A DNA stretch of 64,000 bases from a virus: the IMG/VR virus record IMGVR_UViG_3300032315_000979, positions 44,688 to 108,687 of that record; one strand, written 5' to 3'. This document shows positions 46,871-55,474 of the stretch, piece by piece (positions within the stretch are counted from its first letter, which is position 1; each line of letters opens with the position of its first letter). Position numbers and translations under genes: made by a program. Below the pieces are notes generated by a model. It did not search any database, was not told where the DNA came from, and saw only the letters and a list, made by a program, of their open reading frames with translations.

Positions 46871-47631
46871 GAAGAAGTGTAACAACAAAAGATATTTATA
46901 CATTTGCAAAGCTTGATATGGTGTATAACCAAGTAAGAGTTATTGAAGCAAAACAAAATGAAACAAAATACAAGTGCCTCGGCTCTGGTGAGTGTTGCCA
47001 TATCGGACTTGTTATTCATATGACAGAGTGTGCAAATATTGCTTTTAAATTAAGACAGCAATACTATCTTTACTGGGAAGATAAGGGTAAGACTTTTGCT
47101 GATGAGTGGATTGATGGCGTAGTTGAAGATTTGAAGAAAGCAATGTATGATGAAACCTGGCAGCCTGGTGGTGAGTCAAAAAAATTCTGCGCCTTCTACA
47201 AAGGTGGATGTACCATCTATGGGTACAGACCAATGGTATGCAGAACATTTGGCACCATCTCAACAGTAGATAATTACTGCCCAAGAATTAGAAATGCTAA
47301 CGGTTCAATTGATTATTTCACTGGTGATACTGTAAAAAAAGTAATTATGCAGTTCCAGGATTTACTCAAAGAGTATACAAATGGAAAAGATCTAGGCTAC
47401 AACATGACTGTTTATATGCCATTAGGTGTACTTAGCTTCATGCTTGAGCCAGAAGAATTGATTGAACTGGAAAAGACAACTGATTCCAAATTCTGGAAAG
47501 GTGTTGAAGGCTGGTTTAATTACAGAGTTCAGTTTACAAAAGAACATGGGTATGACTATGACACTCTCAAGAAAGAAGCTGACGCTGTTAAGGTAGAGCT
47601 AAGATTCCCACAACACGATCCAGTTGAATAA
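46867..47631 (+). CDS. YkgJ-like Cys-cluster (Fe-S/Zn) protein
   Basis: C..SGECC, CAFY..GCTIYGYRPMVCRTF. Confidence 0.75.
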   Translation: MRRSVTTKDIYTFAKLDMVYNQVRVIEAKQNETKYKCLGSGECCHIGLVIHMTECANIAFKLRQQYYLYWEDKGKTFADEWIDGVVEDLKKAMYDETWQPGGESKKFCAFYKGGCTIYGYRPMVCRTFGTISTVDNYCPRIRNANGSIDYFTGDTVKKVIMQFQDLLKEYTNGKDLGYNMTVYMPLGVLSFMLEPEELIELEKTTDSKFWKGVEGWFNYRVQFTKEHGYDYDTLKKEADAVKVELRFPQHDPVE

Positions 47632-48695
47632 TGATTGTATGGTCAGATAATCAAGCTGCATCGGTAAGTGTTGGTTATGGCTATGTTCCAGATAACTTGT
47701 ACGGTCAAATCTCAAAGAGCGATTTACCAATAAGAAAGAATAATTCTACTGCTCCGTCAGAAATTCAGACCTTACTTGATGGTTTCTCATTTGGTTATAT
47801 GACAACCAGAGAGTCTTATGATGAAATCGTTATCAATCACTCCATGCCAGAATTTTTTATAGAATCAAGCATATACTCAATTGGGCTTACATACTGGGAA
47901 ACAAATAAGCTACCCGATTCATGGGTTGTTGATTGCAATAGGATGGATGAGGTTTGGACTACATCTCGTTTTATGCGTGATGTATTTATAAATTCTGGAG
48001 TTACCGTTCCAGTGTATGCTTTTAACCTCGGTGTTAATCCAGACATATTCTTTCCAGTAAAGCGACATCCGCATACTCCATTTACATTCTTAAGCATTGG
48101 CTCTCCCTCAACCAGAAAGAACTCCCAGACAGCTGTAGACGCTTTTATAAAGGTGTTTGGCGGTAAGGAAGGGTATCGCTTGATATATAAATCAAACGGT
48201 CCTCCAGATGCCAGGAGTATCAGCAATGGTATGAAGGATCGGTTATCTCATCCGCAAATAGAAGTAATTGACTGGGAAGTTAGCACTGAAGATCTAGGTC
48301 GCATTTATGATTGCGCTGACTGCCTATTGTACCCAACCAGTGGTGAAGGGTGGGGTTTGATTCCATTTCAATCTATAGCAAAAGGTATTCCAACCATTTG
48401 CACTAACGCAACAGCGTGTGAAGAGTTTGCGGATATGTCTATTCCTCTTGATTATGAGTGGAGTAATGAAAAGATGAGTGGTATATACGAAGGCGCTGGA
48501 TTATGGGCAAAGCCAAATTTTGATGATTTATGTGATAAAATGTTATATGTTGTAAACAACTATGAAGAAGTGTCTAATAAGACATTTGTTTCTGCCCAGT
48601 ATATTCATGAGAATATGACTTGGGAAAAAGTTTCAAAGGACTATGTAGATAGATTATGGCAGATATTGAAGTATTCAAAGGAGAAACTCTCCTAG
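47631..48695 (+). CDS. GT4 (GT-B) glycosyltransferase
   Basis: TYWET, DEVWTTS, RKN, YPTSGEGWGLIPFQSIAKGIPTI. Confidence 0.85.
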   Translation: MIVWSDNQAASVSVGYGYVPDNLYGQISKSDLPIRKNNSTAPSEIQTLLDGFSFGYMTTRESYDEIVINHSMPEFFIESSIYSIGLTYWETNKLPDSWVVDCNRMDEVWTTSRFMRDVFINSGVTVPVYAFNLGVNPDIFFPVKRHPHTPFTFLSIGSPSTRKNSQTAVDAFIKVFGGKEGYRLIYKSNGPPDARSISNGMKDRLSHPQIEVIDWEVSTEDLGRIYDCADCLLYPTSGEGWGLIPFQSIAKGIPTICTNATACEEFADMSIPLDYEWSNEKMSGIYEGAGLWAKPNFDDLCDKMLYVVNNYEEVSNKTFVSAQYIHENMTWEKVSKDYVDRLWQILKYSKEKLS

Positions 48696-49204
48696 ACGAG
48701 TTAAAGAAAGTTGAAGAAGTTGGTTTGCTCTATGTAAAGGGCTATACTTATTCTGAAATAGCAACCCTTCTTTCATTGCCTATTGATAAAACAAAGAATC
48801 ATGTAAAAGAATACAAGAAGATTCTTAATCGCCAGGCTGAGGATGATCCATACTTTCTTGAGAAGTTGCAATTTAACACAATTAAAGCGCTGCAAGAGTT
48901 TGATCAATTAAGCAAAGAAGCTTGGGAAACAGTTAATATTGCAACCGATCATGGAATGATTCCTGCAAGAATTCAAGCAATTAAGCTTGCGGGTGAATTA
49001 GCTACTAAAAAAGCACAACTGCATAAACTATTAACTGGCAATACGACTGACAACCAGTACATTGCAAGAATGCAGAAGGCAGAGAATGTGAATCAAATTC
49101 TATCCAAAGTGCTGCGTGATGTCATTGGTCTACATCCAGAAATTGCAAATGAGGTTCGTAAGGAATTAGAAATCGCATTTGAAATTATGAATGCGGATGC
49201 ATAG
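48656..49204 (+). CDS. probable terminase small subunit
   Basis: N-terminal HTH (GYTYSEIATLLSL), helical, just upstream of TerL. Confidence 0.6.
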   Translation: MADIEVFKGETLLDELKKVEEVGLLYVKGYTYSEIATLLSLPIDKTKNHVKEYKKILNRQAEDDPYFLEKLQFNTIKALQEFDQLSKEAWETVNIATDHGMIPARIQAIKLAGELATKKAQLHKLLTGNTTDNQYIARMQKAENVNQILSKVLRDVIGLHPEIANEVRKELEIAFEIMNADA

Positions 49205-49313
49205 TGATGACCGACACCCCTACCATAAAGGTTTATACAATGAGACCCCTTTTGACCCCTCATAAAGGTTTTAAAAACTCAGATCAATCAATATCTCAAG
49301 GTGGTGATCAATC

Positions 49314-51044
49314 ATGAGCGAATTCATGGGGATGAATCTTGAGCTAAAAGACTTTGATCGTCTTTTGCGCCAAGATGATCTTATAGAAACTCCTGTTGAT
49401 ATTCAAACATTTGTACAAGATAAAGAATATTTAGGTTTACCTCCGCTTTCTGATATTCAATTGGAAATCGTAAGACATTCTACACAAATTTTTAAAGAGC
49501 GTACATTGATTGCGATTTATGGAGAAGAAGAAGGAAAGAGATGGTATAAAGAATATACAGATAATGAAGTTATTTGTATGCTCGGTAAAGGTTCTGGTAA
49601 AGACCATTGCGCAAGAATATCAATGGCTTATACAGTATATCTAATTCATTGCCTTAGAGATCCGTTAATTTATTACGGTAAGGCTCATGGCGTTTATATT
49701 GACTTGCTAAACCTAGCTGTTAATGCTCAGCAAGCACAAAGAGTATTCTTTGAACCATTTAAAAACTTATTGTTAAGATCTCCTTATTTTAATAGAGTTG
49801 GATTTGAACCAAGAGTATCAGAAATATTTTTCTTTTCACGCCCTGTTAGATGTTTTTCTGGTCACTCTGAATCTGAAGGTTGGGAAGGTTATGAAGTAAT
49901 GACAATCATTTTGGATGAAATTGCAGCTTTTAAAACTGATGCGGAATTGCGTGGAGAAACAAGATCAAAAGGATCTGCGTCTGCAATTTATAATATGTCT
50001 AAGCTTTCTATTATGTCTCGTTTCCCAGAAATAGGTAAAGTAATTCTTTTGTCTTTCCCTCGTTATAAAGGTGACTTTATTCAACAGAGATATATTAATT
50101 CTAGAGAAAAGAAAGAACCAAAAACTTGGTCAATTAAAGCTGCAACATGGGAGGTTAATCCTACGATTAAGCGTGAGCAATTAGAATCGGAATATGTTAG
50201 AAATCCTATTGAAGCTAGAAGTCGTTTTGAATGTGAACCTCCAAACATGGAAGATGCTTACTTTAGAGATCCAGATCTGGTAAGGAAAGCGTTTATGTAT
50301 GGTGAAGACCCAATTGATGAGAATGGTAATTTTAAAAATTGGTTTAATAATACTGATGGTCAAGTTAGATTTATTCATATTGACTTGGCATTAAAGCGAG
50401 ATAGAGCTGCGCTTAGTATGGTGCATTGTACTGGATTAAAAGAAGTTAAAACATTAAATGGTGTTGAACAATTGCCAATAGTTAATGTTGATCTTGTTTA
50501 TTCATGGGAAGCTTCTGTTAACAAAGAAATTAACTTTGCTTCAATTAGACAAATGATTGTTGATTTGTGTAGGAAATTTGATGTAGCAAAAGTTACATTT
50601 GACCGTTGGCAATCAATTGAAATGATTCAAAGCTTGAGAGCTCAAGGTATCAATGCTGATTTCCATTCCGTAAAGAAAACGGATTATGATACTTTAATGA
50701 CTGCCATTTACGATACGAGATTGCGTGGTTATTGGAATGAGCTATTAGTTGAGGAAGAACTATTAAAGCTTAAATTATTTGGAAATAATAAAATTGATCA
50801 CCCAAACTCTGGATCAAAAGACTTAGCTGATGCTGTTACTGGTGCAACATTTGTTTGTATTGAAAATATGGCAATTGATGCGGAAGTGGAAATAGAAATC
50901 CTCGCTCCAGATAAGTATTATGAAGATAATGAGGATATGCCTGAATTTGGGACTGTAAGAGTGTATAATGATAATCTTGGGCAATTCGTTCCAGGATATG
51001 GTGAAACAAAGGTGGATGCAGAACAATGGTTGGAAAATCTCTAG
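49314..51044 (+). CDS. terL: terminase large subunit
   Basis: GKGSGKD, IILDEIAAF, HIDLA..RD, TFDRWQS, IDHP..GSKDLADA. Confidence 0.9.
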   Translation: MSEFMGMNLELKDFDRLLRQDDLIETPVDIQTFVQDKEYLGLPPLSDIQLEIVRHSTQIFKERTLIAIYGEEEGKRWYKEYTDNEVICMLGKGSGKDHCARISMAYTVYLIHCLRDPLIYYGKAHGVYIDLLNLAVNAQQAQRVFFEPFKNLLLRSPYFNRVGFEPRVSEIFFFSRPVRCFSGHSESEGWEGYEVMTIILDEIAAFKTDAELRGETRSKGSASAIYNMSKLSIMSRFPEIGKVILLSFPRYKGDFIQQRYINSREKKEPKTWSIKAATWEVNPTIKREQLESEYVRNPIEARSRFECEPPNMEDAYFRDPDLVRKAFMYGEDPIDENGNFKNWFNNTDGQVRFIHIDLALKRDRAALSMVHCTGLKEVKTLNGVEQLPIVNVDLVYSWEASVNKEINFASIRQMIVDLCRKFDVAKVTFDRWQSIEMIQSLRAQGINADFHSVKKTDYDTLMTAIYDTRLRGYWNELLVEEELLKLKLFGNNKIDHPNSGSKDLADAVTGATFVCIENMAIDAEVEIEILAPDKYYEDNEDMPEFGTVRVYNDNLGQFVPGYGETKVDAEQWLENL

Positions 51045-51214
51045 AAAATCTAAAGGTTACTCATGAAGAAGTTATTAACACTATGGCAATGCAAATGGCT
51101 GCCATAAACATGGAGCTTACTGTCGTAAAACTTGAAAATCAAAAGTTAAAAGAATTTTTGAGTGATTATCTTAACTCCTCACCTGTTAATGACAAAGATT
51201 TAAATAAGAAATAA
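51026..51214 (+). CDS. small coiled-coil protein
   Basis: 62 aa heptad pattern; overlaps the terL end. Confidence 0.55.
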   Translation: MVGKSLENLKVTHEEVINTMAMQMAAINMELTVVKLENQKLKEFLSDYLNSSPVNDKDLNKK

Positions 51215-51339
51215 AAAAAATTATATATTTCTACCCTGAGAACAGGTTTTTGTATCATGTAGCTGATATCGTTACAAACGAAACAAGGGCGGGTAAATCG
51301 CCAGTCCTTACACTACAAATCATAAATAGGAGAAATAAT

Positions 51340-51702
51340 ATGTCAACATTCATGGTAAACAAAGTAGATAAGCTTCCTGAAATTTCACGAGCAGGTCGTA
51401 AGTCTGAAGAATTGAATATGATTATTGATGCGCTTAAGCAGTCGGTAAACAACAATGCAGTATTTAATATTGTTGGTATTAAGCCTGGCAATGCTTACAA
51501 TTCAATGCAACAGAGAATTCGTGCTCAGGCTAAGAAGTTGGGTTACAAAATTGTTATCCGCTTTGATTCGGTTAATGAAACACTATTCTTTCAAGCAACT
51601 GGTGTGACAACTGAAAAGATCACTGGTATTAGTGCAGATAAACTTTCTGCAAATACAAGTGAAGTTACTGGCGTGAAGTCAAAGACAAAAGTATCTAAAT
51701 AA
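51340..51702 (+). CDS. small basic, probably DNA-binding protein
   Basis: AGGAG RBS before ATG 51340; LPEISRAGRKS; followed by a strong terminator. Confidence 0.65.
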   Translation: MSTFMVNKVDKLPEISRAGRKSEELNMIIDALKQSVNNNAVFNIVGIKPGNAYNSMQQRIRAQAKKLGYKIVIRFDSVNETLFFQATGVTTEKITGISADKLSANTSEVTGVKSKTKVSK

Positions 51703-51723
51703 ACATTTAAAAAAATGTTGCAT

Positions 51724-51759
51724 AAAGTCCCCCGCATAAACTGCGGGGGACTTTTTTTT
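51724..51759 (+). terminator. intrinsic terminator
   Basis: AAAGTCCCCCGCA-TAAAC-TGCGGGGGACTTT followed by a T run. Confidence 0.9.
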
Positions 51760-51760
51760 A

Positions 51761-51769
51761 TGTCATAAT
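51761..51769 (+). promoter_or_regulatory. extended -10 promoter, leaderless transcript
   Basis: TGTCATAAT, 6 nt, then ATG 51776. Confidence 0.6.
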
Positions 51770-51775
51770 TGATGC

Positions 51776-52603
51776 ATGACATTAGAAATTGAACAACAGA
51801 ATATTGAAATTGATAGAGAAGATATTGATTCGTGGTGTCCAATGTTTGGGCTTCCATGTTATGATAGGTCATTGACTGAACCTTTCTTTATGTCTTTCAT
51901 GAAGACCGTAATGTACCTAAAAGAAATCAATTGCAAATTTGCAGTGAGTACGATTACTGATTCACTTATCAATAGAGCTAGAAATAACCTTGTTGCTAAG
52001 TTTATGGCTAATCCACAGTTTACTCATTTGATTTTTCTTGATGTTGATCTTGCGTTTAGACCTGAAGATATCGTAAAGCTTCTTTGGCATGATAAAGAAA
52101 TCATTACTGGATCTTATCCGATTAAGGATATCAACTGGGATAAAGTTGTAGAACATGTTGACAAAGGTGTTCCTGCAAAAGAATTGGCAAAGAAATCAAC
52201 AAGGTTTGTGGTAAATCCTGTTCGTGCTGGAAATAATACAATTGAAACAGATAATGGTGCAATTGCTGTTCATGATGCTGGTACTGGTTTTATGTGCATT
52301 AAGAGATCGGTTATTGAAAAGCTTATTGAGGCATACCCTGAATTAAAGTTTAATGATGATACAGGTTCAATGAATGATGAAGAAAAGAACTGGACATATG
52401 CTTTCTTTAATTCTTATGTAGATGATGATGGTAGATTTGTATCTGAAGATTATGGATTCTGTAGGTATTGGCAAAAGCTTGAAGGTAAAGTTTGGGTTGA
52501 TCCAGCAATTGAGATTCAGCATTTAGGTAGGTTTAACTATGAAGGAAATATGATGGATTACCTAATCTCTATTTCCCAAAAACCAGCTGAAATTCAGGAA
52601 TAA
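51776..52603 (+). CDS. GT-A fold glycosyltransferase-like protein
   Basis: SLINRARNNL, THLIFLDVD (DxD), AGTGFMCIKR, SEDYGFC, VWVDP..HLG. Confidence 0.8.
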   Translation: MTLEIEQQNIEIDREDIDSWCPMFGLPCYDRSLTEPFFMSFMKTVMYLKEINCKFAVSTITDSLINRARNNLVAKFMANPQFTHLIFLDVDLAFRPEDIVKLLWHDKEIITGSYPIKDINWDKVVEHVDKGVPAKELAKKSTRFVVNPVRAGNNTIETDNGAIAVHDAGTGFMCIKRSVIEKLIEAYPELKFNDDTGSMNDEEKNWTYAFFNSYVDDDGRFVSEDYGFCRYWQKLEGKVWVDPAIEIQHLGRFNYEGNMMDYLISISQKPAEIQE

Positions 52604-52645
52604 CATAAAGACCATAACTGGTTAAAAAACATATACTAAAAATTG

Positions 52646-52707
52646 ATAAAATATTGGCTAAAAGATGCTTGGTGATTCATTAGGTAATCTTTTAGTCAAT
52701 TTTTTAT
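52646..52707 (+). terminator. long G-U-rich RNA hairpin
   Basis: ATAAAATATTGGCTAAAAGAT pairs with ATCTTTTAGTCAATTTTTTAT; inner GCTTGGTG/CATTAGGT stem. Confidence 0.55.
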
Positions 52708-52724
52708 TTCACGATAGACGCTTA

Positions 52725-52792
52725 GTAATATTACACTTGTAACATTACACCTGTAATATTACAGCCTCACCCTGCGATCTAAAATTTTAGAT
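52725..52792. repeat. three 14-bp-period palindromic repeats plus a 16-bp palindrome
   Basis: GTAATATTACAC / GTAACATTACAC / GTAATATTACAG, then ATCTAAAATTTTAGAT. Confidence 0.85.
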
Positions 52793-53023
52793 AAAAAATT
52801 AGATCATTCGTGATAGCTTTTCTCGCCTATTCTCTGATCAATAAAAAAATCTCATTTTTCTTTTTTCTCAGGTTTTTTCTTACCAATTCTGCCGATAGCA
52901 TTATTATCCAATGCGTGAGACATATCCAAAAACAATTTATATATATATTCATATTTCTAAATATGAGTATATCTTTGCGCATTTGTACCAGATAAAAAAT
53001 CAGATAAAGAATAGGATTTTGTT

Positions 53024-53437
53024 ATGAGTAATTCTACTTTTGGTTCATTAGTTGGACATATCGTTCAAGATAAAAATAAATGTTACGGTAAGGTAACGGA
53101 AATTCGTGAAGTTACTATTGACAATAGTAATGTATTTATTGCGTTATTAGATACGGGTAAGGCTATAAAATTGTCTATTCTCGCTAAAATGTTTGCGCAA
53201 AGTAATTTGTATTTGCGTAGGCGTGGTGATGAGTTTATTGTTTATGCTTTTACTAAAGATGCGCATGTATCTAAAGCAAAATTTGGTCCTCAGCGTAAGC
53301 GTATTGTTTCGCCTTGTGTTACGGGTAATATAAACAATACAGCAACTATTGGTGATGAGACAATAAATATCACTTCACATATTAGTTCTGGTAATCCAGT
53401 TTATTATAATAAACAAACAATGGGAGAAAGCAAATGA
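53024..53437 (+). CDS. hypothetical protein (first early-type gene)
   Basis: 137 aa, AGGA RBS. Confidence 0.65.
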   Translation: MSNSTFGSLVGHIVQDKNKCYGKVTEIREVTIDNSNVFIALLDTGKAIKLSILAKMFAQSNLYLRRRGDEFIVYAFTKDAHVSKAKFGPQRKRIVSPCVTGNINNTATIGDETINITSHISSGNPVYYNKQTMGESK

Positions 53438-53649
53438 CAATGGAAGAAATTTACGATAATGTAATTACTAGCCTAAACGAATTGTATAGGCAAAAGTATA
53501 AAGGTTTGATAACCTTTACTGAATTTGCTAATCAACAACAAATAGTATTACTTGAGTTTAGTAATAACATCAAGCATAGTGTTCATCAAAAGATTGATGA
53601 AGATATTCAAGAATCTTATTTATTAAAAATAGAAAGTGAGTTACAATAA
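53434..53649 (+). CDS. hypothetical protein
   Basis: GGAG RBS, coupled stops/starts. Confidence 0.6.
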   Translation: MTMEEIYDNVITSLNELYRQKYKGLITFTEFANQQQIVLLEFSNNIKHSVHQKIDEDIQESYLLKIESELQ

Positions 53650-54029
53650 TGGAATTTGAAATTGTAGATGCTTCAGTAATTGAATTGCCTAAGACATTGA
53701 CTAACTTTGAGATTTCAGGTGAACTTGAGTTTGAAGTTATTGATGCAGATGAGGTTATCGTTACTGAACGCAAAAAGAAAATAGAAGCGTTTTTCCCTTA
53801 TGGTTCATATTCAAAAGAAAGAACATATAGGACTTACTGGGAAGATAATGATCAAGATTTTCTTATGTCATTAGTTAGCGTTAAGGTTCAACGAATGAAT
53901 AGGAAAAAGCAAGAAGTTATTCTTGACGATATTCGTGAGTTTAGACTTTTGAAGAAAGTTGCTCGTGAACAATTGGTTGAGAGTTTTACTAATGTTGGTT
54001 ATAACTTTAGTGTTTACGGAGAGGAATAA
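53649..54029 (+). CDS. hypothetical protein with duplicated EFE(I/V)(V/I)DA motif
   Basis: MEFEIVDAS ... LEFEVIDAD. Confidence 0.6.
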   Translation: MEFEIVDASVIELPKTLTNFEISGELEFEVIDADEVIVTERKKKIEAFFPYGSYSKERTYRTYWEDNDQDFLMSLVSVKVQRMNRKKQEVILDDIREFRLLKKVAREQLVESFTNVGYNFSVYGEE

Positions 54030-54212
54030 ATGGAATATAAAGATCAACTATTAGATGAGCTTGAAAAATTATCAAGCCTTTTAGATATACCTTTTGCTCG
54101 CAGAAGGGATTATCGTTGGATTATGCGTAATGTTGCAATAAACAATACGGATGATAAAAAGATAAAAAAAGTAATTAGCATTTGTCAACTACTAATGAAA
54201 GATGAAATCTAA
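54030..54212 (+). CDS. hypothetical protein
   Basis: GAGG RBS; LDIPFARRRDYRW. Confidence 0.6.
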   Translation: MEYKDQLLDELEKLSSLLDIPFARRRDYRWIMRNVAINNTDDKKIKKVISICQLLMKDEI

Positions 54213-54477
54213 TATGCCTTATAAAGATACAGATGGTATTTATAAATACTATTGCGCAAAAGGAACAAATGCAATTTCATTTTTGCGTAATACTGAAGAT
54301 GAAGTTCATAGGAAAGCATATGAAATTGCAAATGATGAATTTCTTAAACTTGAGAATCGGATTAGTGATTATGAAAAACTAATCAAGCAATATCGTAACG
54401 ATATAAATGATCTTCATAAGATTATTCAAAATCTAAACAAAGAAATCCGAGAAATGAAAGAAGGAATAAATGGCTAA
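54202..54477 (+). CDS. coiled-coil hypothetical protein
   Basis: C-terminal heptads. Confidence 0.6.
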   Translation: MKSNMPYKDTDGIYKYYCAKGTNAISFLRNTEDEVHRKAYEIANDEFLKLENRISDYEKLIKQYRNDINDLHKIIQNLNKEIREMKEGING

Positions 54478-54691
54478 TTGCATATATTGTTTGTCGGAAT
54501 ATATTGATGAGCGATATGAAGCAGGTTATGAATACTGCTTAGATGATAAATGCCAAAAGATTGGGCTTGATGTTTCAGAACGGGAATTTAGAAAGATTTA
54601 TACTCCTGCTTTGCTTCACAAATCTAATTACTTTTGGGTAAAAAAAACAGAATTAAAAACACTAAATGTAAGAGCCGACCTATTAGGATAG
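54470..54691 (+). CDS. Zn-finger protein (DksA/TraR-finger-like)
   Basis: CIYC...ERYEAGYEYCL..C. Confidence 0.6.
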   Translation: MANCIYCLSEYIDERYEAGYEYCLDDKCQKIGLDVSEREFRKIYTPALLHKSNYFWVKKTELKTLNVRADLLG

Positions 54692-54705
54692 AAAGAGGAA
54701 TTGAA

Positions 54706-54897
54706 ATGTTTTGGTTTGAAGAAAACGAAAAAAGAAATAATCACCCTGCAATGAAAAATGCAAATAAACTTACTCGTGAAAATCATGAGAAAGTTGCAAT
54801 TTACGATTGGGCATTGGATCTGGATTTGAATCCAGATTGGAAAACATGGCAGAATGAAATAAATGATTACTTCGGTAATTCAGGATGGAATAGGTAA
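54706..54897 (+). CDS. hypothetical protein
   Basis: GAGG RBS before ATG 54706 (MFWFEEN...). Confidence 0.55.
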   Translation: MFWFEENEKRNNHPAMKNANKLTRENHEKVAIYDWALDLDLNPDWKTWQNEINDYFGNSGWNR

Positions 54898-55274
54898 TGG
54901 ATACAATTATCTTAACAAAACACGATTGGGTTGAATGTGACGGTTGTGGTGAAAAAATACCTCCCGTATTCTGGAATAGAACATTTAACAAAGAAACAAA
55001 AACATATTCAAATGATGAGACTATGGAATTTACTTTTGAAGGTAGAGAGCCTGACCTTATTGTAGAACAAATAAGTCAAGGTTTGACTTTTGAATTGTGT
55101 GGTGGTTATGGTGAGTTTTTTGATTGCATGTCAGAAGATGATGTAATTAAAATAACTGCTTGTCATGAATGTATGATAAAAATGTTCAATTTATTTCATA
55201 GTAAAACTAAGCATTTGCGTGGTCTTCATCCTTCGGATAAGACTGGCGATATGTGTTGTGAATGGGGTTGGTAA
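54897..55274 (+). CDS. Cys-rich hypothetical protein
   Basis: CDGC, GGYGEFFD, CHEC, CCEWGW. Confidence 0.65.
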   Translation: MDTIILTKHDWVECDGCGEKIPPVFWNRTFNKETKTYSNDETMEFTFEGREPDLIVEQISQGLTFELCGGYGEFFDCMSEDDVIKITACHECMIKMFNLFHSKTKHLRGLHPSDKTGDMCCEWGW

Positions 55275-55405
55275 TGGATTTTCAATGTCAAGAATGTTTT
55301 GAATATTTTGAAGAAGGTGTTATGCCTTGCCCTATTTGTGGAAGTGAAGTTGTGATTCCAGTTGATTTTATTAGTTCTCAAACTGATTGGGATGATGGTT
55401 ACTAA
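55274..55405 (+). CDS. 43-aa Zn-ribbon microprotein, absent from the ORF track
   Basis: MDFQCQECFEYFEEGVMPCPICGSEVVIPVDFISSQTDWDDGY; TAATG-coupled. Confidence 0.65.
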   Translation: MDFQCQECFEYFEEGVMPCPICGSEVVIPVDFISSQTDWDDGY

Positions 55406-55474
55406 ATGGATCACATTTTGCTTTTAGCAATGCTTTTATTGATATTCACAATTTTAATTAAGGATAAATTATGA
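55406..55474 (+). CDS. 22-aa hydrophobic microprotein, absent from the ORF track
   Basis: MDHILLLAMLLLIFTILIKDKL; abuts the upstream stop, ATGA-coupled downstream. Confidence 0.4.
   Translation: MDHILLLAMLLLIFTILIKDKL

Noticed and set aside
36871-51044. Inteins or introns in dnaE, recA or terL
   Set aside because: Lengths are normal, motifs are contiguous, and no C...HN splice junctions or LAGLIDADG motifs were seen.
52725-52764. Tandem repeats as a mini CRISPR array
   Set aside because: 12-bp units separated by 2 bp; no spacers.
52810-52995. 61-aa ORF in the non-coding gap
   Set aside because: Low-complexity F/I/K translation of T- and AT-tracts, GTG start without RBS.
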